Counted from the first letter of the whole stretch, positions 1-13,420 are shown. The stretch is DNA of 63,399 bases, filler included, from Nemertoderma westbladi (GCA_032718475.1; 3 parts of 3 records of this genome joined end to end with filler, not necessarily neighbours in it); one strand, 5' to 3'. Numbers and translations: made by a program. Notes: a model not told the origin generated them from the letters alone.

Positions 1-777
1 GTGGGGGGGGGGGGGGGGGCATGTACAATTACCCTAGCCACAGTTATGAGGGGAATATTATTGGCGACAAAAAACTGCGCTTGCATACCCAGCGCCAAAA
101 TCCCTCGTTAAGCCTCCGCAGCACGCACATCTTTATGAAACATGCCTTAAAATTTAACAGCATTTATTTTACCTTTATATGGTTCCCCTAAGGGGTTACG
201 GCTAAACAAAATAAACTCTTACACAAGCGGCAATACCTTTTAACTTTATTGTATAAGGTAGTTTATCTGTCCAGATGTTGATTAAGTTAAAGGCAATGTG
301 ATCTTGGCATAGAGTATTTATTTCACCGTAGGGGTGTTGTTGTTGTAAGGTAAGTCAGCAGGGGAATGTAGGGAAAAATACAACTCAACCACTAGACAAA
401 GTGGCGCTCTTTGCTACATTCAAGTATCCCGGGAGGTTGATTGACAGACACTTCTAAGCTTTGATATTTAGCCGCTCTAGGTAGACTTGCATTAGGTAAA
501 ATCCAAGTGATTTCCTAAAGGCTATTTTTTTCCTATTAGGTTCCTAATAGGATCCAATTAGGATCCAATAGGACGTTATTTGAAAGCGTTACTGTACTAA
601 TGATTAGTAAAATATTTATATTAAATATTTCACTGATCTTTTTGTCTCACTGACTGTAAGTCAATTATAAAAATAATTAATCACTTATTTTTCACGCAAA
701 AAGTAAAAGGTTAAATAATGACCAGATACATATGAAGAATTGTTCTAAACAAAAACAACAATATTGTTTCCGTAACT

Positions 778-2358
778 TTAAGATTTATGAACAGAATCAT
801 TGTGTTTTTTAAGTTCATGTCTATTTGAAATTTGTTTATGGCAGATAGAACAATCATATTTAGAGTTTCCCATTCCTTTATGAAAGTTGTTAACATGATT
901 GTTTAGATTGTCTTGCCGGCTGAATTCTTTATTACAATAACCGCACTTATGTTTGATATATTTATGGGCGTAGTTGACATGGGCGTTTAGATTGCTCTGC
1001 CGGCTGAATTCTTTATTACAATAACCGCACTTATGTGGGGCGAGACACGTAGTCGGCGAGCCTTGGCATACGGTTCATATAGGGCAAATGGGGCATGTCC
1101 GTCTGTCTGTCTGTCCGTTCGTCTGTCTGGTAAATGTTTGAACGCGAATTTCTCTGCATCGCTGGTTCGGAATTGAACCAAACTTAGTAGGTAAGTAGTA
1201 GAGAGAAAGTTTAGAAAGTTTGTAAAGTTTGGTGAAAAATCATGCAGTCTGACGTCAGCTACGACAGATTATGTAGTTTTTAGAAAATGTTAAATTTCTC
1301 GGGAAGGCCTCATTTTCCTGAGCTGAAATTTTGGTGGCCTGTAGAGAATCATGAAGTCTATCTTTTACGAAATTGAAAAGTTAAGACATTTAATTGGGGA
1401 TCCGCTAGAGACTCAGAAGTAATGACATAGGCCTACCGGTACGGTACTACTGTACAGTGCTGCACTGGTAAGTACGAAATTGCAGAATAACAATTTGACA
1501 CCACCTAGCGGATTAACATATGATTGTATATCGAATGAATACATTTATAGCATGGGATATTGGGTCCAAACTAGACATGCCCCATTTGCTCTATATGAAC
1601 CGTATGCCAAGGCTTGCCGAATACGTGCTGCGCGAAGTCCCCACGAACGTGTTTGATATATTTATGGGCGTAGTTGTCATGGGCGTTTAGATTGCCCTGC
1701 TGGCTGAATTCTTTGTTACAATAACCGCACTTATGTTTAATTAGTTTATGGATAGAGTCGACATGTATCTTTACAAAACTCTTCTTTGTAAACAGTTTCT
1801 CACAATAATCGCATTTATACTTATTCTTGACGTCTTTATGAAAGGATTCTATATGTCTCTCTAAATTTTCTCTGCCATTAAATAATTCATTGCAATGAAA
1901 ACAGGAACTGGTATCTGGAGAAAATTGGAACTCCCCAACAGCTTTACTAGAACTACCGGAATCTGTTGGTGCACAACTGATTGTCGGTTTAATAGAGCTG
2001 CAACGATCAACGTTGTCACGAGAGGTACCGGTACCAGCAGTATTACATTGTTTTCGAACAGTTCGAGTTTCTGCAAATGGACCAATAACTATACAACCTT
2101 CAGATTTTACACTAATAAATTGCAAACCAAAAGCTGAATGTTGAATATGAATATTTGCATCTTCAGTTTCAATAGGCGTACTATACGAACAGTTTGGGCT
2201 GTCGTTTTCCTGTTTTTCGACAACAAAATAATCACCAGAAATATCTTCGTCATCTTGTACAGGGACATCATATACTCCACCAAACAAATTGTTTTCATTT
2301 TCGATAGATGATCCGTAAACGCAGTTCTTAAACGCAGGGAATTCAATATAATTTTTTT
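778..2358 (-). CDS. C2H2 zinc-finger protein, 3' exon(s), interrupted by an insertion at about 1036-1649
   Basis: ORF 2287-1571 has CxxC-x12-HxxxxH fingers (CFHC, CDYC, CGYC). The frame stays open up to a ttttAG acceptor at 2359. Manual translation of 1035-778 continues the array (HKCGYCNKEFSRQSNLNAHVNYAH, HKCGYCNKEFSRQDNLNNHVNNFH, YDCSICHKQISNRHELKKHNDSVH) to a TAA. Upstream exons were not found. Confidence 0.85.
1036..1649. mobile_element. Non-autonomous element with about 60-bp imperfect inverted ends and a (GTCT)n tract, DINE/Helentron-like, inserted in the zinc-finger gene
   Basis: About 1040-1100 (gccttggcatacggttcatatagggcaaatggggcatgtc) is the reverse complement of about 1574-1632. 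A tgtccgtctgtctgtctgtccg microsatellite follows. The element splits the linker aaacataag, which is intact in the next finger repeat. Confidence 0.7.
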
Positions 2359-3130
2359 CTAAAATCTATAACTTTGGCCAAAAGTTAGGTTTTTAGCTTT
2401 TAGACTCATACCTAAAAACCCAGGTTAACCAAAAACCTTTGGTTTCGCGTCATTGGGTCCTTTGGTGCAATATCCTGGTGTCTTTAAGGGGAGATGGAAC
2501 CCTTAAAATTTTCAAAAAAATAAAATTTTTGAGATTTTGTTTTTTTAGTTGTTTAAGATCACAATTTTCCGTAGATTATGGATATTGACACTTTAAAACC
2601 ATATCATGAGCCCAAACCGCTTGAAACTCTGTCTGTTTGTCGGTTAGTCTGTTTTTTGTCTGTTTGTGAAAATACAGTGTAACAAATCTCACTACATTTA
2701 GCTAAAACTTTTGGCTATGGGGTTTTCCTGGTCTGAGATTTCATTTATGGTATCAGTTTCTAAAATTTATTGAATCTAGTCCTATCTGTCCGTCTGTCGG
2801 TCTTTTTAGTCTGTCTGTCAAAATATAAAAAAATACACCAGACCTAACTTACGACTTACCAGTGGAGCACGGGCCTAATGATGCATTTCATAAAATATCT
2901 TCAGAAGGACAAAGGGTTTAATTAGTTAATGTAAATTAAACCGGTTATGAATTGTATATGAATACTACTTAAGTGGTGTAACAGATGGTGGGACCATTTT
3001 AGTTTGAATACCAGGTGACATTTTTTTGGAAATGTGTTACATATGTCATATAGACTGAATCAAGACTGAATTCACTGTAAAAAACGGGGTGGCTGTGAAT
3101 TTTCCCTCGTTAGATAGGTTAGTTAGGTTC

Positions 3131-3200
3131 CACCTTGGTGAAGTGGTTGCATTGAATTCCCATCTCTCTGGAGGTCGTGGGTTCGATCCCCGCATGTGGG
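3131..3200 (+). repeat. tRNA-derived SINE head, copy 1
   Basis: A-box-like aagtgg and B-box ggttcgatccc. A near-identical copy lies at 31779-31845. No complete cloverleaf. Confidence 0.55.
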
Positions 3201-3699
3201 CCAGCAGTTTTCGATTCGACACGAATGGTTTGAAGGGGCTAACCAGGGGGCATCTATGCCTTTCATCCTTAAATGTTAGAGCTCTAACGGTCGAAGAAAA
3301 CTATACTTTTTGTACTATACTTTTTTACAAGTGTTGAAAAGTATCTTAAACTAATTGGTAATAATGTTTAAAAAATGTTGATAATAATTTAACAAACTAA
3401 TTGCAACTATCAAACTAGTTAGGAACCTGGTAATTCCGGTAAAATTCCGGCCGGAATTGACCCCATTCCGGCAATTCCGGCCGGAAACGGAATCGGACAA
3501 AAACAGCCAGAATTCCGGCCGGAACGGAATTCCGGGACATCCCTAATCTTAATAATTATATCTGTATATAGGCCTATCAACAATTAGAATTATACAGGTA
3601 ATTACATACCAAGCCTATTCGCTATTGTAAATAGATTTCAGCGTGCAGAAGTAAGCAGTTCTATCACATTTGAGGCACAGTGACAAACACCTTTCAACA

Positions 3700-4040
3700 A
3701 CGTTCCCTAACCCGGATCAGGAACCGATCCCACTGTCCCAGCACTGCAAGCATCGAGTCTAAGTCCAACTAACCCTTGGTACTTGGACTTACACAGAGTT
3801 CAAGAAAATGTAATAAACATTGTATTTGGTAAATTGGGCGTACTATATTCCCGTACACTGTATGCCACATGACCCCGGAGCCGACGATCTTCCTATTCCC
3901 CAATCAACTAATCCATGCAGCCATGGGCCGGACGTTTCCTAACCCGGGATCAGGAACCGATCCCAGCACTGCGAGCATCGAGTCTAAGTCCAACTAACCC
4001 TTGGTACGTCGGTACTTGGACTTACACAGTTAGAGTTCAA
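3700..4040 (-). repeat. Two direct copies (about 3700-3803 and 3933-4040) of a roughly 100-bp tRNA/SINE-like segment
   Basis: cctaacccggatcaggaaccgatccca...gcatcgagtctaagtccaactaacccttggtac is duplicated. The reverse strand has a degenerate ggttc..atccc B-box. Confidence 0.5.
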
Positions 4041-4133
4041 GGCGCTAATCGAATCTGTTGTTATTCGACAGGCGGAATTTTATATGGCGTCGGACTGGAC
4101 TGTCGGAGGTGGTAGGGACGGGAGGCCTTCCGG

Positions 4134-6599
4134 CAGTCAGGGAGATCATCAATTTTGGGGTTACCCCAAATTTCGAATTCTGGTAATAGACTGTCGAAAA
4201 TTGGGGTTTTTTGTTCAAATTTGAGGTATTTTTAGGCTCATAATATCGAGTGTTGCTGCGACTTAGGGAAACTGTTGGAGCAACTTCTACTTTTAATATG
4301 TTAAAATATAATGTAAAATAAGAACTTTTATCGATGCAATAAAATATTTCACCGATGCAAACATGCTTTTATTGGGGGCGAAAATTGAAATTTGAGGTTA
4401 AACTTCAAATTTGAGACAAAACCTCAAATTTCGCCAGCCTTTACAACATCACCAGCCTGTCAGCAGTAGGGTGTAGCAGTAGGCTTTGCTGCTTAGTGCT
4501 TAAATAGAGCTTGGTGAGAATGGGTGACCAGTGTAACCTGTGACCTGACATGTATGCAGGGCAGGCTTAACCTTACAGACAGCACAGTAACTTACAGTCA
4601 ATAACTTTAATGATTGTTAACTCCGTTAGTGATTGGTGAGAAAAATGCAGAAGACTAGAGAAATTCGCTATCCTTACAGCCTTACTGTTGGTAAGAAGAA
4701 CAGTAGACCAAATCTTCACTGTTGCGAGATTCAAGCTCACACAGCTGCACAGCACAGTCACAGACTCAGGAAGACCTACGATATCTTGTAGATGTTGAAT
4801 CAATTCCAGAATTTGGAAGTTTACATATTCTGGCATTCATCTGTTCTGTTCATCATTCATATCACACATCTTCAGAAAAAAATATGTTTTCTGGCTGTTG
4901 GTGTCCTCTTTAAAACTTTGTATATCAAATGAAGCCATTCCTCTCCTGATAGCCTGAAGACTTATGTAATATTCGCCTGCCCTAGCTCTATCTGTCAATT
5001 GGAATACTGTACCATCAGTTTGGAGCCCATTTCTAGACAAATGTTGCAGCAAAGGTTGACAGGTTGACGTGGTTTATACAATATATGTGGACTTGATTCT
5101 TTTGTTAGTTATTCTATATGACTGGCAACTGGAGACTCTAAAGTTGGAACCTTATGAAGCAAAGGCCAAGCCCCGCCCATCTGCCCATGCTGCCATGTCT
5201 GCATGTTCCATACATCACCTCTTCTTTATCAGGGTCATTAACATATGGAACATGCTGGACCTGGAACACAGTAGAAACATCATCATCTCATCACTAATCG
5301 CTAGTCTTTTAAACAGTCTTTAGACTCTGCTTTCTTATCAAGACATCTGAAATGTTTTAGAAATCTAAGTGACTGTTTGTTTAAAGGCCTACTATAGCCT
5401 ACATACTTACATCCTTTTAAATTGCCCTTATGTGGAACCAGAATCATTTATAACTTGGGCAAAAAGTATAACCTTTTTCACTAATCTATTCTCGAGGCTT
5501 TATCTCATTTCTGGAGTACACCTTGCAGGCACTAAAGTTGCATTGCAATAATCGATAGTGTGTAGGGATGGATTTCGCTCAAATTTCGATCAAAAATTTT
5601 GATCAACACTTTCAACTGTTCAATGAAATTTTAGAAATTCCACCCAAAATATTTTGGCACTTGTGTCAAATCAAATAGGTGACCCTCCTAATCTGCTAAT
5701 CCTGAAATCACCAGCTAATGCTGAAATTTAGTGCAGGTGATATCAATATTCCTAACACTTGTTTATTGTTTTTTGGTTACTTTCAACTCACCTCTGTAAC
5801 CTGCTCCTTTGACCTTTGCTAACCCTGTAACCGGGCACTAGTGAAAGTGACTTTAGTTTTGGTGATTTCAGGATTAGCAGAATAGGAGCTAGGAGGGTCC
5901 CCTACAGCCCTATTTGACACAAGTGCCAATGTTTTATTGTACTTTTTTTACCGGGAGAAAAAGTAAAATCAATGCATAATTATGGCTCTATGGTACATTA
6001 TTATGTGGCAATATTATTGCAGGTTGTTGCTGTGTTGCCGACGTTGCAAAAGCTTTGCCCAACAAAAAGTTACAATATTCAGATATTATGGGGATAACTT
6101 TTTCCCTACAAGTAGGGAAAAAAAGTAGGCCTACTACTTTTTCTCCCGATTTTAGGGCATATTCAAGCAAAAAAGTAACAATATAAAAATATAAGTTCTT
6201 TAAGCTCTGTAGGTACTTCGTTTTACATGTCTACCATCTGATCAGCCGCCCCATGCACCCCTACCAGTAGCCTTTTTAAGTATAAGCCTTTTTAAACTAC
6301 CGGTAATACTGAATATGTTTTAAATGTTATATTTCACAACACTCAGACACTACCCTAGCCCTAGGCCTACATCAGTTTATTTTTTTACCTTTGCAATACA
6401 GTAACAAGCTAACAACTACTGAACTAGGCCAACTATGGCTTCTGTCTGTATCTGACTATGCTGCTATGAAATTCAAATTTGGGGCAAAACTCAAATTTAG
6501 AGAATTAACCTAACCTTGTATTAAATTTGAGGTAATTCCAAAATTGGGTCTATAATTTGAAATTTGAGGTATTCTCAAATTTGATGATCTCCCTGACTG
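4134..6599. mobile_element. Non-autonomous DNA transposon with CAGTCAGGGAGATCATCAA TIRs and 5-bp TSD TCCGG
   Basis: TIR at 4134 and its reverse complement ending at 6599. tccgg at 4129-4133 and 6600-6604. Subterminal aaatttgagg motifs at both ends. Confidence 0.85.
5654..5929. mobile_element. Nested hairpin MITE
   Basis: ttggcacttgtgtcaaat...ctgctaatcctgaaatcacca is inverted at about 5860-5929. Confidence 0.65.
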
Positions 6600-6660
6600 T
6601 CCGGTATACAAGTAGGAGAGGAGTGTATGTTGTAGGTCTGGAAATCGGTACCCTGCTTGC

Positions 6661-7435
6661 ACATGAGAGTAAAAACCCAAGCGATCATTTTGTGAACATC
6701 CAATGATATTGCCTGTTTTATAAATGCTTTAAGTTGTTATGGGATGTTTTGTTTGATTGGTTGTTGTGTGATTTACTTGCTAATCTTGGCCAGTATTAAA
6801 TGCACTAAATCAACAAGCGATCAATGTAACTTAGTAGTTTACATTTAAATATTAGCAGTATGCCGGTAGCTCTACATGTACTCTCAGACTCTAACAGACT
6901 TACCTATGACGCTATGAGTGATGCAGTGACTGACGTAATAATGTAATAATGAAAGAATGCAGGAATGTACTTAAGATTATAATACAATTGATGGACTCTT
7001 CCTCTAGGTTCTAGGATAGAGGCCAGGCCTCTTTACAGCTTTAATCTTTGTAAAATACTGTCATATCGTACAATACACAGCAGTAAACTGGACATCTAAT
7101 GTAGGTAAATAATACGTAATACAGATATAATATAAATAATACTTTCCCTCACTTAATACATAATAATTATCATTGCTAATTCGCCGGGATGTGCTTTTAA
7201 TTCACCACGATAGGTTTTCGAAAATCCCCCCCCCCCCTCCATCATTCCTCCTGTGAAACATGTTGACTCCTACTGTATATCTGTACACATTGATCAGTGC
7301 TTGTTGATTTAGTGTATTTAATACTGGCCAAGATTAGCAAGTAAATCACATAACAATAACAACTTAAAGCATTTATAAAACAGGCAATATCATTGGATGT
7401 TCACAAAATGATCGCTTGGGTTTTTACTCTCATGT
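6661..7435. mobile_element. MITE with about 170-bp TIRs and a perfect 10-bp TSD (Mutator-like)
   Basis: acatgagagtaaaaacccaagcgatc ... gatcgcttgggtttttactctcatgt. ccctgcttgc at 6651-6660 and 7436-7445. Confidence 0.9.
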
Positions 7436-7785
7436 CCCTGCTTGCTAGCTGGCTCGTGCCATTGCCATATAGCATAACAGCCTAGAATTATGCAAACGTT
7501 AAATAGCCAGGATCAGGAGAATGGTGGAAAAAAGAGTCATTATAAATCTCGGTTGGCTACATAATTAATTATCCAGACGGCGGCAAACAGGAACAGGTTA
7601 CCATTACAATGCATTACTGCTGCACATCCCGGGCCGGGGCGGACCCTAACAGCCTAACAGACACCAGCCTGCCAGCTGTTACTCATTGACTCATCCTCAC
7701 CTGGCCTGGCTCCCGACACCCGAACCTCCTGTTTATTTGCCAACGGTAGCGCAGTCAGCAGTAGGGCAGACCGGACAATACCTAG

Positions 7786-8267
7786 GGGGCCGTCCAAGTA
7801 TGACGTCTGCACTTTTCCCCAAAATGTTAACCCCCTCCCTCCCCTAAATCAGATGTCATCAGATAGGCGTTGACCCCCCCCCCCCCCCTAAATCAGATTA
7901 AAAAAAAATTGTAATAAACTTAATAGTTTATTACAAAAATTTTTTTATTTTATTTTTTTTTATTATGAAGATGTTTCATTTTCAGGCGAACCCCAGTACC
8001 GCAGTACCCCAGTAGCACGCGTCCTAATCACTGAAACATGGTGACTGGTAACTGAAACAGAAGGTTGTGCTAGGGCAGTAGGGGCCTTCGAACAATTAAA
8101 ATAGGCAAGCTATTTACTCTTCTGCTATATCTCTTCTAGCACCTATAAATGAACATGCTGACGTCAGATTTTGGCTGACCCCCTCCCCTCCCCTCATCAG
8201 CACGTCATCAGATTTTCCCAACCCCCCTACCCCCCCTAAAGTGCTGACGTCATACTTGGACGGCCCC
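7786..8267. mobile_element. PIF/Harbinger-type MITE
   Basis: 22-bp perfect TIR GGGGCCGTCCAAGTATGACGTC, flanked by tag on both sides (3-bp TSD). Confidence 0.8.
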
Positions 8268-8904
8268 TAGCCTCTGAACATCTAAAATCACATACCGGTA
8301 CGGACTGACGGATGATTCTCCATCTCCATACCTGCATACCGCATACCGGTACTGCTATATACAGATATAGGCTGATAGGTGAATGGCTGGAAGGTAGAAC
8401 TGTAGAAGGCGATAAAACATCCTAGACAGCTAGAGTGCTGCAGTACCAGTACTGCCAGTAATTTTTTATCAGAATTAGAACATCAAGCAGTCAGCAGTCA
8501 CTGACTGGTCAGCGAAATGGCCTACCAAGGGTCCGTCTAAAAGCCACATCGGACCCAATCGGTACCACATCGGACCAAATCGGACCACATCGGGGCCACA
8601 TCGGACCACATCGGGGCCACATCGGAGCCACATCGGCCACAAAATAGCAATTTAGGATGTAAATAACAACTTCCAGCACCAACTGATCAAACTCGTATCA
8701 GTAATTCAGTAATTGTTAGTCTTTCTGACAACAGGTCAGGCTGGTAACCGGTACTGCAATGCAGTAGGTACTAGATACTAGAATATCTAATGCAGAGACT
8801 ATTGCCCCTACTTATACAGTACTGTACCCGCCTGCAGGTTTACACAATGAGCTTGGCAGTTATTGTATTTGTATAATTATACTATACTATACTGTACTAT
8901 ATAC

Positions 8905-9696
8905 TAGGGCTCGATCGGAGCTCCGGCCTCCGGCTCCGGCTCCGGCCATTTTGGCACCTCCGGCTCCTGCTCCGGCTCCGGTAAAAATATTGCCGGAGTT
9001 AATTTTTTAATAAATTATCATATTTCGTGCATATTCTAATCTGAACAATTATTTACACTAACTGACTAAGTACTGACTGAAGTAAGTACTGTAGTACAGC
9101 TTCAATATCAAGCATAATACCGGGTACCGGTACTGCAGTACCGGAATTTACTTAAAGTCAATGACTGACTGACTGCTGCAGTACTGGCCAGCTGGCTGAC
9201 TAGCAGACTATTACAGATAGGCTCTACTGTAAAAAATTGTAAATGCTACGAATGTACACTGTAGCTGTACCACTGCCTGACTCCAGCCATTTACTGCTGT
9301 CATGCCATGCCAGCATACTGTACTGCAGTACTGGTACACGTACGGTAGGCTACCTACAGCAGTACAGTACACATCTCTACCACAGTTAGTGAGTTAGGTA
9401 CTGTAGGTAATTTTTAGCCGTCAGCGTCAGGCCGAGGCCGTCTGTCCGTGATAAATTAATTACTTAAATTTTAAATTGAAAATTCGTAAATCTATAAATT
9501 ATGAAATTAATTAGACCTACAGTATGATTGATTATGAGCGATTGGCGAACGATAACCATACTTTATTTTTTTTTAATAAATAATTAAATTTTTAAAATTT
9601 TTGAAAAACTCCGGCTCCTGCTCCGGCTCCGGCCAAATTGTCCAACTCCGGCTCCTGCTCCGGCTCCGGCCAAATCCCAACTCCGATCGAGCCCTA
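8905..9696. mobile_element. hAT-type MITE inserted in the left arm only
   Basis: TAGGGCTCGATCGGAG TIR, perfect 8-bp TSD ctatatac, and (ctccgg)n subterminal repeats. The empty site is visible in the right arm at about 22840. Confidence 0.92.
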
Positions 9697-9826
9697 CTAT
9701 ATACTGACTGACTGATATATAACACATGCACTAGAGACAGTCTTCAGTTCTCCAGTCTGCGGAAGGGAAGGCAAGAAGTTTGAAAGAGAAAACGTTATCA
9801 ATGCATTGTTTGAAATAATTTGAAAC

Positions 9827-10053
9827 GGGGGGGGGGGGGGGGACTGGACGCAAATCCCATCTTGGCGAATTAATATCCCGCCTCAATGTTATATTCTCAA
9901 TTTAGGGAAAGGAGCAGGTTGCAGTTATATTAACCAAAACAATAAACTAAACATAATTATTATTTTTGATATTAATCATCTGTTATTTGCGTCGAATTTC
10001 CCCTGGAGAGGGAGGAATGTTTATTGCGTCCAGTTCCCCCCCCCCCCCCCCCC
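9827..10053. mobile_element. Poly-G/poly-C-ended MITE of about 230 bp, copy in left arm
   Basis: Gn-ACTGGACGCAA ... TTGCGTCCAGT-Cn. Other copies at 22478-22726 and 27512-27764. Confidence 0.8.
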
Positions 10054-10185
10054 TATCTGAATAATTTTGAGCTGAGCAAATATGTAGTACCACACCTTTG
10101 GCTGCGAGTTATTGAAGCCTTTGATGCTATTATTCTGATGTTCTGTTATCTGGTTATGTTCCAACTTTACACGTTAACAACGTTC

Positions 10186-11990
10186 ATACATCGGTCCCAA
10201 TCGGTACCACTTCGGACCAAATCGGTACCACATCGGACCTAATGGGTACCACATCGGACCCAATCGGTACCACATCGGACCCAATCGGTACCACATCGGA
10301 CCCAATCGGTACCACACCATTCTCAAAAAGGTTCCAAGCCAGACTCAAAAGGTACCAGCCCGGACCAAAGCTACTGGTCGCAATCAGCACCGATGTGGCT
10401 CCGATGTGGCACCGATTGGGTCCGAATTGGTAGTGATTTTCTTATTATTTTGGTTAATGCAACATACATGTAACTGTAAGCGTAACCTGTTATTTTACTT
10501 TAGTTTGTTTTATTTATTTATGTTTATTAATTTGGCATAATGATATAATGTAATACCAAAAAAAATACCAACATCTAGGAGGAGAAGAGTGTTTTGTACG
10601 CTTGATGACAATTGAATTCCCAATAGACTGTATGGTTTAAGAATTCCATGGCGTTTTATCACCGAACATCTAACTGTCAATCGAAAGAGACATTGTAGTA
10701 ACACGATATGCGATCCGAGGATTCAATCATGCAACATATTCTTCCACCAATCGGAATGGACTGTGGAGTCGTCTGGGATCTCTGGATCATGTGCGGTACC
10801 GATTAGGTCTGACCGGGTCTGATGTGGTAGCGATTAGGTTCGATGTGAACCCGATTGGGTCCGATGTGGTACCGATTTGGTCTGATGTGGTACCCATTTG
10901 GTCCAATGTGGTACCCATTTGGTCCGATGTGGTACCCATATGGTCCGATGTGGTACCCATTTGGTCCGATGTGGTACCCATATGGTCGATTGGTACCCAT
11001 TTGGTCCGATGTGGTACCGATTGGTCCGATGTGGTACCGATTTGGTCCGATGTGGTACCGATTGGGTCCGATGTGGTACCCATAAGGTCCGATGTGATAC
11101 CGATTTGGTACCGATTGGGTCCGATGTGGTGCCGATTTGTTCCAATGTGGTACCGATGTCGTACCGATTGGGTCCGATGTGGTACCGATTGGGTCCGATG
11201 TGGTACCCATAAGGTCCGATGTGGTACCGATTTGGTCCGATTTGGTACTGATTGGGTCCGATGTGGTGCCGATTTGTTCCAATGTCGTACCGATGTGGTA
11301 CCGATTGGGTCCGATGTGGTACCCATTTGGTCCGATGTGGTACCCATTTGGTCCGATGTGGTACCCATATGGGTCCGATGTGGTACCCATTGGGTCCGAT
11401 GTGGTACCCATATGGTCCGATGTGGTACCCATTTGGTCCGATGTGGTACCGATTGGGTCCGATGTGGTACCGATTGGGTCCGATGTGGTACCCATAAGGT
11501 CCGATGTGATACCGATTTGGTCCGATTTGGTACCGATTGGGTCCGATGTGGTGCCGATTTGTTCCAATGTGGTACCGATGTGGTACCGATTGGGTCCGAT
11601 GTGGTACCCATTTGGTCCAATGTGGTACCCATTTGGTCCAATGTGGTACCGATTTGGTCCGATGTGGTACCGATGTGGTACCGATTGGGTCCGATGTGGT
11701 ACCCATAAGGTCCGATGTGATACCGATTTGGTCCGATTTGGTACCGATTGGGTCCGATGTGGTGCCGATTTGTTTCAATGTGGTACCGATGTGGTACCCA
11801 TTTGGTCCAATGTGGTACCCATTTGGTCCGATGTGGTACCCATATGGTCCGATATGGTACCCATTTGGTCCGATGTGGTACCCATAAGGTCCGATGTGAT
11901 ACCGATTTGGTACCGATTGGGTCCGATGTGGTGCCGATTTGTTCCAATGTGGTACCGATGTGGTACCGATTGGGTCCGATGTGGTACTGA
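10186..11990. repeat. 21-bp subrepeat arrays (GGTCCGATGTGGTACCGATTG) of the left arm, in two opposite orientations
   Basis: 10186-10315 reads ccacatcgg-sense. 10790-11990 reads ccgatgtgg-sense. Units are made of 10- and 11-nt subunits. Confidence 0.95.
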
Positions 11991-13111
11991 TTTTCTTATT
12001 ATTTTGGTTAATGCAGCATACATGTAACTGTAAGCGCAACCTGTTCTTTTACTATATTTCGTTTATTTGTCAGTTTATTAATGTTTAATAATTTGGCATA
12101 ATGATATACTGTAATACCCAAAAAATATCAACATCTAGGAGAAGAGTATTTTGTACTCTTGATGACATTTGAATTCCCAATAGACTGTATGGTTTTTGAA
12201 TGCCATGGCGTTTTATCACCGAACATCTAACTGTCAATCGAAAGAGACATTGTAGTAACACGATATGCGATCCGAGGATTCAATCATGCAACATATTCTT
12301 CCACCAATCGGAATGGACTGTGGAGTCGTCTGGGATCTCTGGACTCATGTGCGGTACCGATTAGGTCTGACTGGGTCTGATGTGGTAGCGATTAGGTTCG
12401 ATGTGAACCCGATTGGATCCGATGTGGTACCGATTTGGACCGATGTGGTAACTCTATCCTACACACTTATTTTAATTTATTTTGTGTATTTTACGATCAC
12501 TATTCTAGGTACTTATTTTACATTGTATATCAGTATATTGCATACTTTCAGTACATATTTACTAATATTGTAATTAATTGATATTGGACTTGTTTTATAT
12601 CGTGTATACTGTATGTTAAGTTAATATTAAACTATGTTGATGGATTTTATTGTGTGTAAGTGATACTTTCACAAAAATATGTTAATAATGGTTCCTACGT
12701 CCTGGTCATTCATTATTATTTAATTTTTACTTTATTAAACTTGGATTTGTCCCATACTGTATACTTCGCTAAACGGACCCAAAGCACCCGGTTTCTACCT
12801 TTTCCTCATCCCAGAGGTTTTTCTATGGTGTTACAGTACACTATTTTTTATATGTCAGAAGGAAGCAATATACAGTACTACTTGGGAAGAACAGAAAATC
12901 ACTGTGTTTTTGTACTATACTAAAAGGTTGTGGATGTCCGTAAATAACAAGTCATTGAAGGACCATGTTCTAGTGGAAAATATTTTATGTTAGCCGGAAA
13001 ACCAAAACACTAAGCGAGGTAAAGCCTCGCTTAGTAAAACCTGGAACCTTTTTGAGATTCAAATCCGTTTTAGGAGCTTATCGTGCCAAGGAGCACGAGA
13101 AATCCATTACA

Positions 13112-13420
13112 CAAATGTCATGGGTGAAAGGGAGTTCTGGCGGGGCAATTTTGTCGACAAACCTGAACAGCATTCTTAATATGTAATATATATAATGCAG
13201 CTGCAATGCAGCATGCCGATCGTAGTAGTAGCTCTCTAAGCAATAATCCAAACGGAATGAACTCAATGAAGATACACTACTGTATAGAATATCAAGGTAA
13301 CAGTCGGCCGAGGATACTACTAGGATCGGCATGCTGCATTGCAGCTGCATTTTTAAGAATGCTGCGCCGGCTTGTCAACAAAATTGCACCGCCACAACTC
13401 CCTATCACCCATGACATTTG
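13112..13420. mobile_element. Hairpin MITE inside the foldback loop
   Basis: caaatgtcatgggtga...atgcagctgcaatgcagcatgccgatc is mirrored at about 13315-13420. No TSD recognised. Confidence 0.7.

Noticed and set aside
3131-3200. tRNA gene (also 31779-31845, 33300-33380, 24121-24180)
   Set aside because: A/B boxes are present but no acceptor or anticodon stem could be paired. Better explained as SINE heads.
10024-12573. Many long overlapping ORFs (GTTSDPI / VPHRT / YHIGPN repeats)
   Set aside because: A stop-free 21-bp repeat is open in all six frames. These are TIR arrays, not genes.
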